This document shows, piece by piece, positions 30,809 to 40,331 of a DNA stretch of 64,000 nt (positions are counted from its first letter, which is position 1; each line of letters begins with the position of its first letter). The translations under genes were made by a program, and so were the position numbers. The stretch is from an uncultured Rhodospirillaceae bacterium (lineage in GTDB: Bacteria; Pseudomonadota; Alphaproteobacteria; Rhodospirillales; UBA2165), in the NCBI GenBank assembly GCA_964574215.1, contig CAZNLR010000002.1:2003-66002 (forward strand), in the 5' to 3' direction. The notes under the pieces were generated by a model, which worked only from the letters and a program-made list of their open reading frames with translations, was not told where the DNA came from and searched no databases.

Positions 30809-31067
30809 CCGGCGATTCAATCCGAAATATCACCATTTAATCACTCTAAGAACGACTGTTTCTTGCCGAAATACCGATAATACCTGATTAATTCAGTCAA
30901 TTTTATGGAATCGGCTGTTTATTGGTTGATTCGTTGCGTAATAATTCCCAGTTTATAATAAGTAAAATTAGCAAAATCTTGAATCGCCTGGCTGAAATTG
31001 TGGAAACGTGGCTATCGAAACTCATCTACCATCAAACCAATACTTCAATCTCAAAAATTAATTCGAG

Positions 31068-32594
31068 ATGGCCTTACCCTTTAAAAGAATCCTTTTCGGC
31101 GCGTCGGTATCCCGAAAGCTAATCTCCGCGACCATCGTTTTCAGTACCGTGATCGCCTTATTGGCCACGCTTGGTCAATTGTACTTTGACTATACTCAAA
31201 GCATTAAAACAATCGAAGGCAGCATCGAGTCAATCGAGATCACTCATTTAAAAAGTCTGTCCGAGGGCGTTTGGGTATTTAATGACCGGCAGGTCCAAAC
31301 GCAGTTGGAAGGAATAAATTCCCTTCCCGATATCGAGTATCTCAGCATTGAAATTGACGGTGCGAAGAGATGGTCGATTGGTGAGGCTCAATCCAAGAGA
31401 ACCATTAACCGGGCGCTTCCTCTGACCCATGAGTTGGACGGTAAATCCGTTCCTTTGGGCGTGCTGAATATATCCGCCAGTGTGGACAACGTACTGAGCC
31501 GTCTATTCGAAAAGTTCGTCGTGATCCTCATCAGCAACACGGTCAAAACCTTTTTCGTCGCCGGTTTTATGTTTTTGATCTTTTGGTATTTCATTGCCAG
31601 ACCGCTGGAGGATATTGCCATCTATCTTGGACATCAAGGCCCTATCAAAGACAACAAGGAGTTCAAATATTCGACTGGGCGCGACAACGCCCACCAAGAC
31701 GAATTCGGCATCATTGCGACAGAACTCAACAAGCTCAGGCAGCAACTGTTCGACACCATACAGGAATTAGAGATATCCAAAGCCGAACTTGAACTGAACG
31801 TTAATGAGAGAACCAAACAACTCAAACAGGAAGTTGAAGAAAGAAAAAGGACCGAGGTCCATTTGGTTGAGGCGATCGAGGCGGCGGAACAGGCCAGCCG
31901 GGCCAAATCCGCTTTCCTGACGAATATGAGCCACGAATTGCGAACGCCGCTCAACGCCGTTATCGGTTTCTCCCAGGCCATGAAGTCAGGCATCTCGGGA
32001 CCTTTGGAAACTAAACAAAGAGAGTATCTGGAGATTATTGAATCTTCCGGCAGTCATTTGCTGGATCTCATTAATGATATTCTCGATGTATCGAGTATCG
32101 AAGCAGGAAAAGTCGATTTTCACGATTCGGAAGTTGAAATTCACCGGACGGTTGATGAGATCATTAAAATGATTTTACCCCGCGCTGAATTGAACGAAGT
32201 CTCTGTGAAGAATGACATCGATCTACCGGACCTCCGTATCAGTGTGGATGAACTTAGATTCAAACAGATCATGACAAATCTCATAACCAACGCGGTCAAA
32301 TACAATCGCCCAGGAGGCGAAGTCGTCGTCTCGGCGGGGCGGGTAAACGGCGGATTATCGATAATCGTGAACGACAATGGCATTGGCATGAAAGAGAAGG
32401 ATGTGGGCGCCGCTTTGGAAAAATTCACCCGCATTGATACCAATAGCGACGAAAATATCGAAGGTACGGGATTGGGATTGCCCCTGGCTAACGGCCTGGT
32501 TGAAGCCCTCGGCGGAACGTTAACCATCGATAGTCGATTTGGCGTCGGAACTTCGGTTATAGTACAGTTGCCCACAACGCGAATAGTGGTTTGA
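31068..32594 (+). CDS. Membrane sensor histidine kinase (periplasmic loop, HisKA, HATPase_c)
   Basis: Two TM helices flank a loop of about 140 aa. H-box 'SHELRTPLNAVIGFS', N-box 'NLITNAVKYN' and G-box 'GTGLGLPLA'. Spot counts of 60-nt lines give about 38-43% G+C, against about 58% in gcvP. Confidence 0.88.
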   Translation: MALPFKRILFGASVSRKLISATIVFSTVIALLATLGQLYFDYTQSIKTIEGSIESIEITHLKSLSEGVWVFNDRQVQTQLEGINSLPDIEYLSIEIDGAKRWSIGEAQSKRTINRALPLTHELDGKSVPLGVLNISASVDNVLSRLFEKFVVILISNTVKTFFVAGFMFLIFWYFIARPLEDIAIYLGHQGPIKDNKEFKYSTGRDNAHQDEFGIIATELNKLRQQLFDTIQELEISKAELELNVNERTKQLKQEVEERKRTEVHLVEAIEAAEQASRAKSAFLTNMSHELRTPLNAVIGFSQAMKSGISGPLETKQREYLEIIESSGSHLLDLINDILDVSSIEAGKVDFHDSEVEIHRTVDEIIKMILPRAELNEVSVKNDIDLPDLRISVDELRFKQIMTNLITNAVKYNRPGGEVVVSAGRVNGGLSIIVNDNGIGMKEKDVGAALEKFTRIDTNSDENIEGTGLGLPLANGLVEALGGTLTIDSRFGVGTSVIVQLPTTRIVV

Positions 32595-32733
32595 AAAATA
32601 TCCCTTTTATCTCCCGCTGTTCCTATTCGATATTACCCTTGTTTACGCTGATCAAAAACCAGCTATCAATTCTAGTCGATCAAAGAGACTTGCTGCGTTA
32701 AACTCGCCGCCAAAGTAAGAAATCAAAGGGAGC

Positions 32734-33993
32734 ATGATACCTATGAATGTGCTGATTGTCGGGGGGGGGATCGGCGGGTTAACCCTGGCGCTCAGTCTAC
32801 ATCAAGCGGGCATACCGGTCAGCGTTTACGAATCGGTTCCGGAGATCAAACCACTCGGCGTCGGAATCAATCTGCTGCCCCACGCCACGCGGGAATACGA
32901 AGCCCTCGGCGTCCTCGACCGCCTGGCGGATATCGCTGTCGAAAATACGGAAATGTGTTTTTACAACCGGCACGGCCAGGAAATCTGCGTCGAGCCACGG
33001 GGACTGGCCGCCGGTTACAAATGGCCTCAACTTTCCATCCATCGGGGCCATCTGCAAATGATCCTGCTGGAGATAGTCCAGGAGCGCCTTGGACCGGACA
33101 AAGTAATCACCGGTCACCATTGCCGCTACGTGGATCAATACCGGGACGGCGCAACCGCTTATTTTGACGATCCGGTCAGCGGCGACTCTTTAGGCGCTGT
33201 CGAGGCCGATGTGGTTGTCGCCGCCGATGGTATAAAATCGGCAGTCAGACGGCAGAATTTCCCGACCGAGGGAGCCCCTCGTTATTCGGGCATCAATATG
33301 TGGCGGGGCGTCACCAGAGGGAAAAATTTTCTATCGGGTCATAGCATGGTTCTCGCCGGCAGCCTGAGAACGGGAAAATTCGTCATCTATCCCATTGTCG
33401 ACAATGTGGACGGCAGCGGGCAGACCTTGATCAATTGGATCGCCGAGGTTGAGACCGACCAGTACTTGACGGAGGATTGGAACCGGCAAGGGAAGATAGA
33501 GGATTTTATCGACTGTTTCGCCGATTGGCATTGGGATTGGATGAACATTCCCGATCTAATCCATGGCGCCGACGCTATCTACGAATTCCCCATGATCGAC
33601 CGGGAACCCATTGATCAATGGACCTATGGGCGGACGACCCTGCTGGGGGACGCCGCCCATCCCATGTTGCCGCGGGGGTCCAACGGCGCGTGCCAGGCAA
33701 TTTTGGATGCGCGGGTGCTGACCCGTTGTTTGCTGGCGCACGACCGGCCGCAGGAGGCTCTCAAAGCCTACGAAGCGGAACGCTTGCCGGCGACCGCCGA
33801 CATTGTCCGGATGAACCGAAGCAGCGGCCCCGATGTTTTCCTAACGGAGATAGATAAAAGAACGGGCGGTGAAAGATTTGATAACATCAATGACGTTATC
33901 TCCCCGGAGGAACTCCAGGAACTGGCGGACGCCTATAAAATTACCGCCGGGTTCCAGAAAGACCGCTTAAACGAACGGGAGCCTTTGGTCTGA
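32734..33993 (+). CDS. FAD-dependent aromatic-type monooxygenase (salicylate / 3-hydroxybenzoate hydroxylase-like)
   Basis: 'VLIVGGGIGGLTLAL' (GxGxxG), 'ADGIKSAVR' and 'LLGDAAHPMLPRGSNGACQAILDA'. The start could be 32734 or 32746. Confidence 0.85.
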   Translation: MIPMNVLIVGGGIGGLTLALSLHQAGIPVSVYESVPEIKPLGVGINLLPHATREYEALGVLDRLADIAVENTEMCFYNRHGQEICVEPRGLAAGYKWPQLSIHRGHLQMILLEIVQERLGPDKVITGHHCRYVDQYRDGATAYFDDPVSGDSLGAVEADVVVAADGIKSAVRRQNFPTEGAPRYSGINMWRGVTRGKNFLSGHSMVLAGSLRTGKFVIYPIVDNVDGSGQTLINWIAEVETDQYLTEDWNRQGKIEDFIDCFADWHWDWMNIPDLIHGADAIYEFPMIDREPIDQWTYGRTTLLGDAAHPMLPRGSNGACQAILDARVLTRCLLAHDRPQEALKAYEAERLPATADIVRMNRSSGPDVFLTEIDKRTGGERFDNINDVISPEELQELADAYKITAGFQKDRLNEREPLV

Positions 33994-34025
33994 TACAATT
34001 GGCGACGCCGTATCCGGAACCGGCG

Positions 34026-35318
34026 TCAACCCATGAAGGTTGGCAGGAAAAGAGCAATCTGCGGGAAAAAGAGGACCAGTCCCAAACGGATCAGATCGGC
34101 AACGAAAAAAGGTCCGATGCCGTGAAAGATCGTCCACAGGGAAACATCGGGCAGCATGGTCTTCAGAACAAAAACATTCATACCTACAGGCGGTGTGATC
34201 AAGCTGATTTCGGTCACCATGATGACGACGATGCCGAACCAGATCAGATCGAACCCCAAAGACTGTACGACCGGGAAAAATATGGGAACGGTCAGCAGGA
34301 TCATGCCGATACCCTCGAATACCGCACCCAATAATACGTAGATCACCATAATAACGAGCATCACACCCATCGGCGGCACATTGAGGGTATTCACGAAATC
34401 CAGAATATCATCCGGCATGCCCGCCATATTGATGAAGTTTGAGAATATAATCGCGCCGTAGGCGACGGTGAACACGAATACCGTCGTCTTTCCCGCTTCG
34501 ACCAGAGACCTGTAAAATTCGATCCAGGACATCTTGCGCCGCGCGATGGCGAAGGCGAGAGCGCCGGCGGCGCCGATGCCCCCCGCTTCGCTGGGCGTGA
34601 ACACGCCGGCATAAATCCCGCCCAGGATAAAAAGAAACAACAGAACGATACCCCACACCTTGCCGAGCGCTTTGAAGCGTCCCAGCCACGGCGTCCGGTC
34701 TCCCGGTGGGCCCCAATCGGCTTTCACCCAGGTGACGATCCGAATGGCGGTGATATACAGGACGATGGTTAGAATCCCCGGGGCGATGCCGGCGATGAAC
34801 AGCTTGCCGATATCCTCTTCGACCAGAATACCGTAGATAATCAACGCGATGCTCGGCGGAATCAGGATGCCGATGGTGCCGCCGGCGGCGACCGAACCCG
34901 CCGCCAACCGGTCATCGTATTTGAATCGCCGCATCGACGGCATGGCGACTTTGGCCATGGTCGCGGCCGTGGCGGCGGAACTGCCCGACACTGCGGCGAA
35001 GCCGCCACAGGCGGCAACGGTGGCCATGGCCAAACCGCCTCTGAAATGTCCGAGCCAGGCATCGGCGGCATCGTACATATCCTCGGCCAAAGCCGCCCGG
35101 TAGACAAAAGCGCCCATCAAGATGAATAACGGCAGGGTCGAAAAATGGTAGTTCATGGAAAAATCGAGCACCAGTTGGCCGACCGTCCCCAAAGCCGGTT
35201 CGATCCCCCGGACAAAGGCAAAACCGCCAAATCCCACCAGAACCATCGCCCAGCCCAGCGGGAATCCGGCGAAACAAATCACCAGCAGGATGGCGAAGCC
35301 GATCAAAGATACCAGCAT
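34026..35318 (-). CDS. TRAP transporter large permease (DctM family)
   Basis: 430 aa, polytopic. 'SGSSAATAATMAKVAMPSMRR' and 'GILIPPSIALIIYG' are typical DctM blocks. The DctQ and DctP genes lie upstream. Confidence 0.9.
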   Translation of the reverse strand: MLVSLIGFAILLVICFAGFPLGWAMVLVGFGGFAFVRGIEPALGTVGQLVLDFSMNYHFSTLPLFILMGAFVYRAALAEDMYDAADAWLGHFRGGLAMATVAACGGFAAVSGSSAATAATMAKVAMPSMRRFKYDDRLAAGSVAAGGTIGILIPPSIALIIYGILVEEDIGKLFIAGIAPGILTIVLYITAIRIVTWVKADWGPPGDRTPWLGRFKALGKVWGIVLLFLFILGGIYAGVFTPSEAGGIGAAGALAFAIARRKMSWIEFYRSLVEAGKTTVFVFTVAYGAIIFSNFINMAGMPDDILDFVNTLNVPPMGVMLVIMVIYVLLGAVFEGIGMILLTVPIFFPVVQSLGFDLIWFGIVVIMVTEISLITPPVGMNVFVLKTMLPDVSLWTIFHGIGPFFVADLIRLGLVLFFPQIALFLPTFMG

Positions 35319-35419
35319 GTCAGATACCTGTACCGATGCTTCTTATATAGCCGGGATTGCCGGCTAATTGTTTGAACGGGGGTTTATTCATGATGAATGT
35401 CCTGAAGGTTGCTGCCGGA

Positions 35420-35983
35420 TCAAATGACGTCCGGCGACGCCGGTTTTGAAGTATGGGACGGCCAAAATATATGCACCATCAACATCAATATAATGATGAC
35501 AACGGTAACGGCGCTTAACAGGCTGATCAAATAGGCCGGCGGCGCGAACGACCATTCGAGAAAGCCGGAAATCTGTTGCGCTTCCGCCAACTCCACACCC
35601 TGGAGCCACATAATGTAGGTGATTCCCACATTCACCACGATGCAGCCGATGAGAATAACCAATCGTTGAAACCAGACGTGGCGGGGCCCCAGCATATTGC
35701 TCATAACGGAAATCGTAATGTGGGATTCCGAACGCGTGATAACCGGCAGAGCGCCGAACATCGCCAGGGGCATCATGAACTGGATTAATTCAAAGCCGCC
35801 TGGAACCGGCGCGCTGAAAACATAACGCCCCACCACATCGACAAAAGTCACCGCCATCATGCCAAACATGACAATGGCGACAAGGAACATCAGAATTTTG
35901 TCAAGCAGGTCCAATAAATCGAGCGCGGAGACCTGTTTGACCTCCGCACCAGATTTATCATTGGAATTGTCGTCGTGGGACAA
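35420..35983 (-). CDS. TRAP transporter small permease (DctQ family)
   Basis: Four TM helices. 'VTFVDVVGRYVFSAPVPGGFELIQF' is DctQ-like. The start is uncertain: TTG at 35983 (AGGA 9 nt upstream) or ATG at 35890. The ORF-track start at 36073 overlaps dctP. Confidence 0.75.
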   Translation of the reverse strand: MSHDDNSNDKSGAEVKQVSALDLLDLLDKILMFLVAIVMFGMMAVTFVDVVGRYVFSAPVPGGFELIQFMMPLAMFGALPVITRSESHITISVMSNMLGPRHVWFQRLVILIGCIVVNVGITYIMWLQGVELAEAQQISGFLEWSFAPPAYLISLLSAVTVVIIILMLMVHIFWPSHTSKPASPDVI

Positions 35984-35994
35984 TAGCCCAAATC

Positions 35995-37038
35995 CTACAT
36001 CTTCGACTGTTGACGATAATATGTCAGGGCAGCCTTGCCATCGACGCCCTTCTTGGCCGCATTGGCAATCCATTGCGCGTCGAATGTAGCGAATTTTTCC
36101 TTCATGACGCGAATCACGTCGGGGCTAACCTGGGTAACGTTGATGCCGGCCTTCTTGAAGGCGGGCAGCGCGGCTGTCCCGGCGTCGTCCCAATGCCTGC
36201 CGTGGTTAGCGATATTCAATCCGGCGGCGCTTTCGATTGCCTTCTTAATATCCGCCGGAAGACCATCCCACTTCTTCTGATTCATAATCGTCGAGAAGGG
36301 CGTGTTGTAGAATTTTCCAGGAATGGTGTAGATGGTTTTGATATAGGGAATCATCTTCATTTTATAAATGTCGCTATACGGCAGAATTGCGCCGTCAACG
36401 ATGCCTTTGGACACAACTTCGAAAGTTTTGATGCCCGGCGTCACGACTAAAACGGCTCCCATGGCTTTCATTTCCTTGGAGGCCATACCGCGGCTGACAC
36501 GGATTTTAAGATTTTTCAGATCCTCGGCTTTGTTGATTTTGATTTTACCCATGTTCAAATCGCCGCCGGAGTGAACGAAAAAGCCAAGTAATTTGACGCC
36601 CTTATATTCGTTGGCGCCTTCGAAATACTTTTTGTAGGTTTTCCATAAAGCTATGGAGGATTTTTTTGCTGATACCGTACTGAACGGCAGGGTGGCTATT
36701 TCGGGTAGCGTCAATCGCTTGGTCTCGAAAATATTTGCCAGCGAAGTCACGTCGGCCACGCCGCTGGATACCACGCTCCACTGCCGGGGTGGCGGCGCCA
36801 GTGTCTTGGCCGGGAACCGGAATTTCAGTTTGCCGTTACTGGCTTTTTCGGCATCGGCTGCCCAGCCCTTGTTAACCTTGGTGAAGGGATGGGTCGGCGG
36901 CGTAAAATTGTTGTGGATTAACTTAGTCTGCGCACTGGCGGGAATCGGATTAAGCGCTGACAGGCCTATTACAGCGGCACCAATTAGAGCGGTGCACGAA
37001 ATACCATAGGGCAGTAATGTTCTCATGACGTCCTCCAA
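35995..37038 (-). CDS. TRAP transporter substrate-binding protein (DctP family)
   Basis: 347 aa with a signal peptide ending 'PASAQ'. Size and position upstream of DctQM fit. The start could be 37038 or 37026. Confidence 0.85.
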   Translation of the reverse strand: MEDVMRTLLPYGISCTALIGAAVIGLSALNPIPASAQTKLIHNNFTPPTHPFTKVNKGWAADAEKASNGKLKFRFPAKTLAPPPRQWSVVSSGVADVTSLANIFETKRLTLPEIATLPFSTVSAKKSSIALWKTYKKYFEGANEYKGVKLLGFFVHSGGDLNMGKIKINKAEDLKNLKIRVSRGMASKEMKAMGAVLVVTPGIKTFEVVSKGIVDGAILPYSDIYKMKMIPYIKTIYTIPGKFYNTPFSTIMNQKKWDGLPADIKKAIESAAGLNIANHGRHWDDAGTAALPAFKKAGINVTQVSPDVIRVMKEKFATFDAQWIANAAKKGVDGKAALTYYRQQSKM

Positions 37039-37277
37039 GAAAAATTATTTTTGTATGGCAATTAGTCAACAAGAGCCGGAGGAAGTCAAATTATTAATCC
37101 CATATTATAGGATTTCACTATGAGCTTATAATATTTAAAAATATTCTGTTATGCAGCCTGTCTGAGCGGACAAAATGACGATCCGGTCCCTTGGTCACGT
37201 GGAAATGGTAACGTATCAACGTAAATGTGAAAGTTCTTATGGTTTTGGAAGTAAACGGTGAAACAGAAGTTGTGAAA

Positions 37278-40115
37278 CTAAAAGACTTGATACCGATCCG
37301 GATCGCCGGTTTCTTCGCGAAGTAAATTTATTTCTTTTTTCAGTTCGATCATCTTAAGCTCCCGCCCGACGGCGACTTTGTTGAAACTCTCCGCTTCTTT
37401 CATTTTTAGGCGCAGTTCATCCTCCGCTTTCTTTCGGATGGTGATGTCATTATAGGTCCTGACATAACCGCCGCTATCCAACGGGATATGGGTAATAAAA
37501 TACACCCGCCCGTCCGGAATTTCCCGTTCCCAGCTGCCGGCTTTGTTGTCTTTGATGGTTCGTAACGACGCCTCGATGGATTCATCGTCCGCGCCAATAG
37601 AATTCAGGTATTCTCTCGTCCACTCTTCGAAATTGGTGAAATCGCCAATGGCGAACCCAATCTGGTCTTCAAAAAAATTATTGAAAGCCAGGATGGTGCC
37701 GTCTTCATCCACCATGATCACTCCCTGTCCGACATTTTCCAATGTGGCCTCGATGATTTCTTTCTGACGTTGTTGGACGGCTTCCGCCTCTTTCAGTTCC
37801 GTAATATCGGCGCGGATGCCGGCAATACCGCCGCTTCCCGTGCGGCGTTCGCGCACCAACATCCATCTGCCGTCGGCCATCTGCTGATGAACGCCGATAC
37901 CTGACGGATTGCGGTGGTGATCCATTCTTTCTTTCTTGATTTCTTCTTTGTCCCGTTCGGCGGTTACACCGCCATATTGCTCCCGAGCCAGGCCCGTATC
38001 GATCAACTCTTCAAAGGTGATCCCGGGAAGGATAATATCGGCAATAGTTGGGAACAGACTTCTGTATTGTTCGTTGCAAATGACCAGGCGGTCGTCGGCG
38101 TCGTAAATCACGAAACCTTCGGATATGCTTTCGATCGCATCTCGTAATACTATTTCCTTTTCCGCCGACGCCTCATTGGCTTCTTCCAGTGCCTTCTCTT
38201 GTTCTAAGCGCTCACTGATATCGTATAGCCAAGCCAACGTCGCTTTTTGTCCCTTGAAGATAAAGGGGTAAACCGAAAGGAGTGTCCAAAACTCCTCACC
38301 GTTCTCGCGGACCAGACGCACCTCGGCATCGGTAATGCTCCCTTCATTGTTCAGCCGTTCCATTAATTTGGTGCGCTCATCGCCGTCGGCATAGAAATCG
38401 GCTGTATTGAGCGACATGAATTTATCACGTTCTTTGTAACCGAGAAGTTCAATGAACCGGTCATTGGCGAATACCGGTTTACCCTTTACTGAAATGCCCA
38501 CCCCCACCGAACTGGATTGGAGAATTTCACGCATTTGGGATTCGCTATCTTTAATTTCGGTGATGTCGAATATCCAGTTGATCAAACCTTTCTGTCCTTC
38601 GAACTCTATGGGGTACAGAGAGAACAACGACCAAAACGTACTGCCGTCCTTGCGTTTGACCAGAATTTCCTCGTCGCTGATAAATTTATCCTGATCCAAC
38701 CGAGCCAGTAGTCTTTCCTGATCTTTTGGATCGGCGTAGGCGTCGATTGTCGGCGCCGCGTAATATTCCTCTAAATTCCCGTAGCCTCGCATCTCGACAA
38801 TTTTCGCGTTTCCGTAGATGGCCTTGCCGTTGACTGAAATTCCCACTCCTGCCGGACTCGTCTCGAATATAGCCCGCAGTCTATTTTCGGCATTCTTAAT
38901 TTGAGTAATATCCGTAATCCAGAAGACGACAGCATTCTGACCTTCAAAATGCACCGGATCCAAAGAGAGCAGAGCCCAGAATACGGTTCCGTCCCGGCGA
39001 TTAATCTGGATTTCCGCGTCGCTTACCCGTTTGTCTTTCTCGAACTGCTTGAGCAATTTCTCACGGTCGGACGGATTGGCGTAAAATTTCTCCGGCAGGG
39101 TATGGATAAACTCTTCTTCGCTGCCAAAACCCATCATTTCGATAAGTTTGGCATTGGCGTATACCGGGACGCCGCCGATGTTGACACCGACGCCCGCGGA
39201 ACTCGAATTCATTAATTCCCTCAACTGTGTTTCGCTTTCGTGAATCTGTCTTTCCGCTTTACTGCGCTCGGAAATTTCCGAACTCAAATGTTCGGCTCTT
39301 TCATCCGCAATGCGTTTCAAATTGCTGACGAGATGAACCAACGCGCCGAGGGCCAGGGCAGTTACTAAGCCGAAAACCAGGACGAAATACTGTGAGATTC
39401 CCACCGCCTGAACGGCGTTTAAAGCCTGCCAAAGGCTTACCGTGATGGTCAGCGTACCGATGGCAATGACGTAGGAAAACCACAAGGGAAGCATTGCTTC
39501 CTGGTGTAGATCCTTGCTCCAGGCATAGGAAATCAATCCGATTCCCAGAAACAAAAAGCCGACGGATGTGTGGATTGCCATACGTGTAAGGTTCCCCCAA
39601 CCGTAGGCGGTTTCCAGATTGGTGGCGTATCCGGCGGCGGCAATAGATCCCAGGCCAAAAGTGAGCGCACCAAGAACGCCGACGATAGCAAACATCACTT
39701 TTCTGGTATCGGATTTAACGACGATCAGCAGAGCAATGCCGGTGATGGCAAAGGACAAAGCCGTATTCGGCGCCATTCTGCCCGGATTGGACGTCGCGGT
39801 GGTGACATAGTGTTCCATCAGCAATTGGTCGATTCCGAGATCGATGCGAAATCCGTATTCCGCCAGGGTTAGTAAACCGATGAGGGCCACCAGGGTTCCG
39901 CATAGCTGGGCGGGCCGCAGATAGTGAAATATTGCGAACAGAAGCCCGGCCCCCGATAACAGAAATCCCAGGGCCGTGTTATATTGCATGGGCACGAAGG
40001 CAGGTGAAACTTGGATCAACAGTGTGTTGTGGGTGTACCACCCCACCAATACGACCGTACCCAACAGCGTAGGCAATATCCCGAATGTCAAAGTGAATAA
40101 CCGGATTTTGGGCAT
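37278..40115 (-). CDS. Membrane-anchored multi-PAS sensor protein with no recognisable output domain
   Basis: 945 aa. The N-terminal polytopic domain of about 270 aa carries the duplicated motif 'PMQYNTALGFLLSGAGLL' / 'RMAPNTALSFAITGIALL'. Five PAS-like modules follow, the first three mutually paralogous. The protein ends in a coiled coil, 'VGRELKMIELKKEINLLREETGDPDRYQVF'. I found no H-box, GGDEF, EAL or HD-GYP motif. Confidence 0.85.
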   Translation of the reverse strand: MPKIRLFTLTFGILPTLLGTVVLVGWYTHNTLLIQVSPAFVPMQYNTALGFLLSGAGLLFAIFHYLRPAQLCGTLVALIGLLTLAEYGFRIDLGIDQLLMEHYVTTATSNPGRMAPNTALSFAITGIALLIVVKSDTRKVMFAIVGVLGALTFGLGSIAAAGYATNLETAYGWGNLTRMAIHTSVGFLFLGIGLISYAWSKDLHQEAMLPLWFSYVIAIGTLTITVSLWQALNAVQAVGISQYFVLVFGLVTALALGALVHLVSNLKRIADERAEHLSSEISERSKAERQIHESETQLRELMNSSSAGVGVNIGGVPVYANAKLIEMMGFGSEEEFIHTLPEKFYANPSDREKLLKQFEKDKRVSDAEIQINRRDGTVFWALLSLDPVHFEGQNAVVFWITDITQIKNAENRLRAIFETSPAGVGISVNGKAIYGNAKIVEMRGYGNLEEYYAAPTIDAYADPKDQERLLARLDQDKFISDEEILVKRKDGSTFWSLFSLYPIEFEGQKGLINWIFDITEIKDSESQMREILQSSSVGVGISVKGKPVFANDRFIELLGYKERDKFMSLNTADFYADGDERTKLMERLNNEGSITDAEVRLVRENGEEFWTLLSVYPFIFKGQKATLAWLYDISERLEQEKALEEANEASAEKEIVLRDAIESISEGFVIYDADDRLVICNEQYRSLFPTIADIILPGITFEELIDTGLAREQYGGVTAERDKEEIKKERMDHHRNPSGIGVHQQMADGRWMLVRERRTGSGGIAGIRADITELKEAEAVQQRQKEIIEATLENVGQGVIMVDEDGTILAFNNFFEDQIGFAIGDFTNFEEWTREYLNSIGADDESIEASLRTIKDNKAGSWEREIPDGRVYFITHIPLDSGGYVRTYNDITIRKKAEDELRLKMKEAESFNKVAVGRELKMIELKKEINLLREETGDPDRYQVF

Positions 40116-40331
40116 TGATCCGTCCCCAAGATTTCAATAATTCGTGTCTTTTAACCCAGCGTGACGCATCTATTTTCGGCGTCAAAGTTTACGTAGAAAG
40201 TCTAGTCGGTCTTCATTCCAACAGAAAGTAGATTGTACCGGTAGTTATATGAGACAAATAGAGCTAGCACCCTGGAATTTCAACTTTCGGTCGCCTATTC
40301 AGTCACCAGGGAAATCCGGCGCCACGGCAAA

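Noticed and set aside
30922-31122. 66-aa ORF in the AT-rich spacer before the first histidine kinase
   Set aside because: It has a non-ATG start, overlaps the kinase start, and its Ile/Ser/Lys/Asn-rich composition is typical of random AT-rich DNA.
33505-33516. 12-nt match (TTTATCGACTGT) to the left half of the palindrome family, inside the FAD monooxygenase gene
   Set aside because: Only a half-site is present, with no right arm, and it lies inside a coding sequence with a normal reading frame. It is probably chance or irrelevant.
34004-34027. Inverted repeat GACGCCG-N10-CGGCGTC between the convergent monooxygenase and dctM stops
   Set aside because: The 7-bp stem overlaps the dctM stop codon and has no U-tracts. 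It may be a weak bidirectional terminator, but I am not confident enough to annotate it.
35348-35366. Hairpin TAGCCGG-N5-CCGGCTA in the unusually long (100 nt) dctQ-dctM spacer
   Set aside because: The stem is short, no U-tract follows, and it lies within an operon. It could be an mRNA processing or stability element, but there is nothing to support more than a note.
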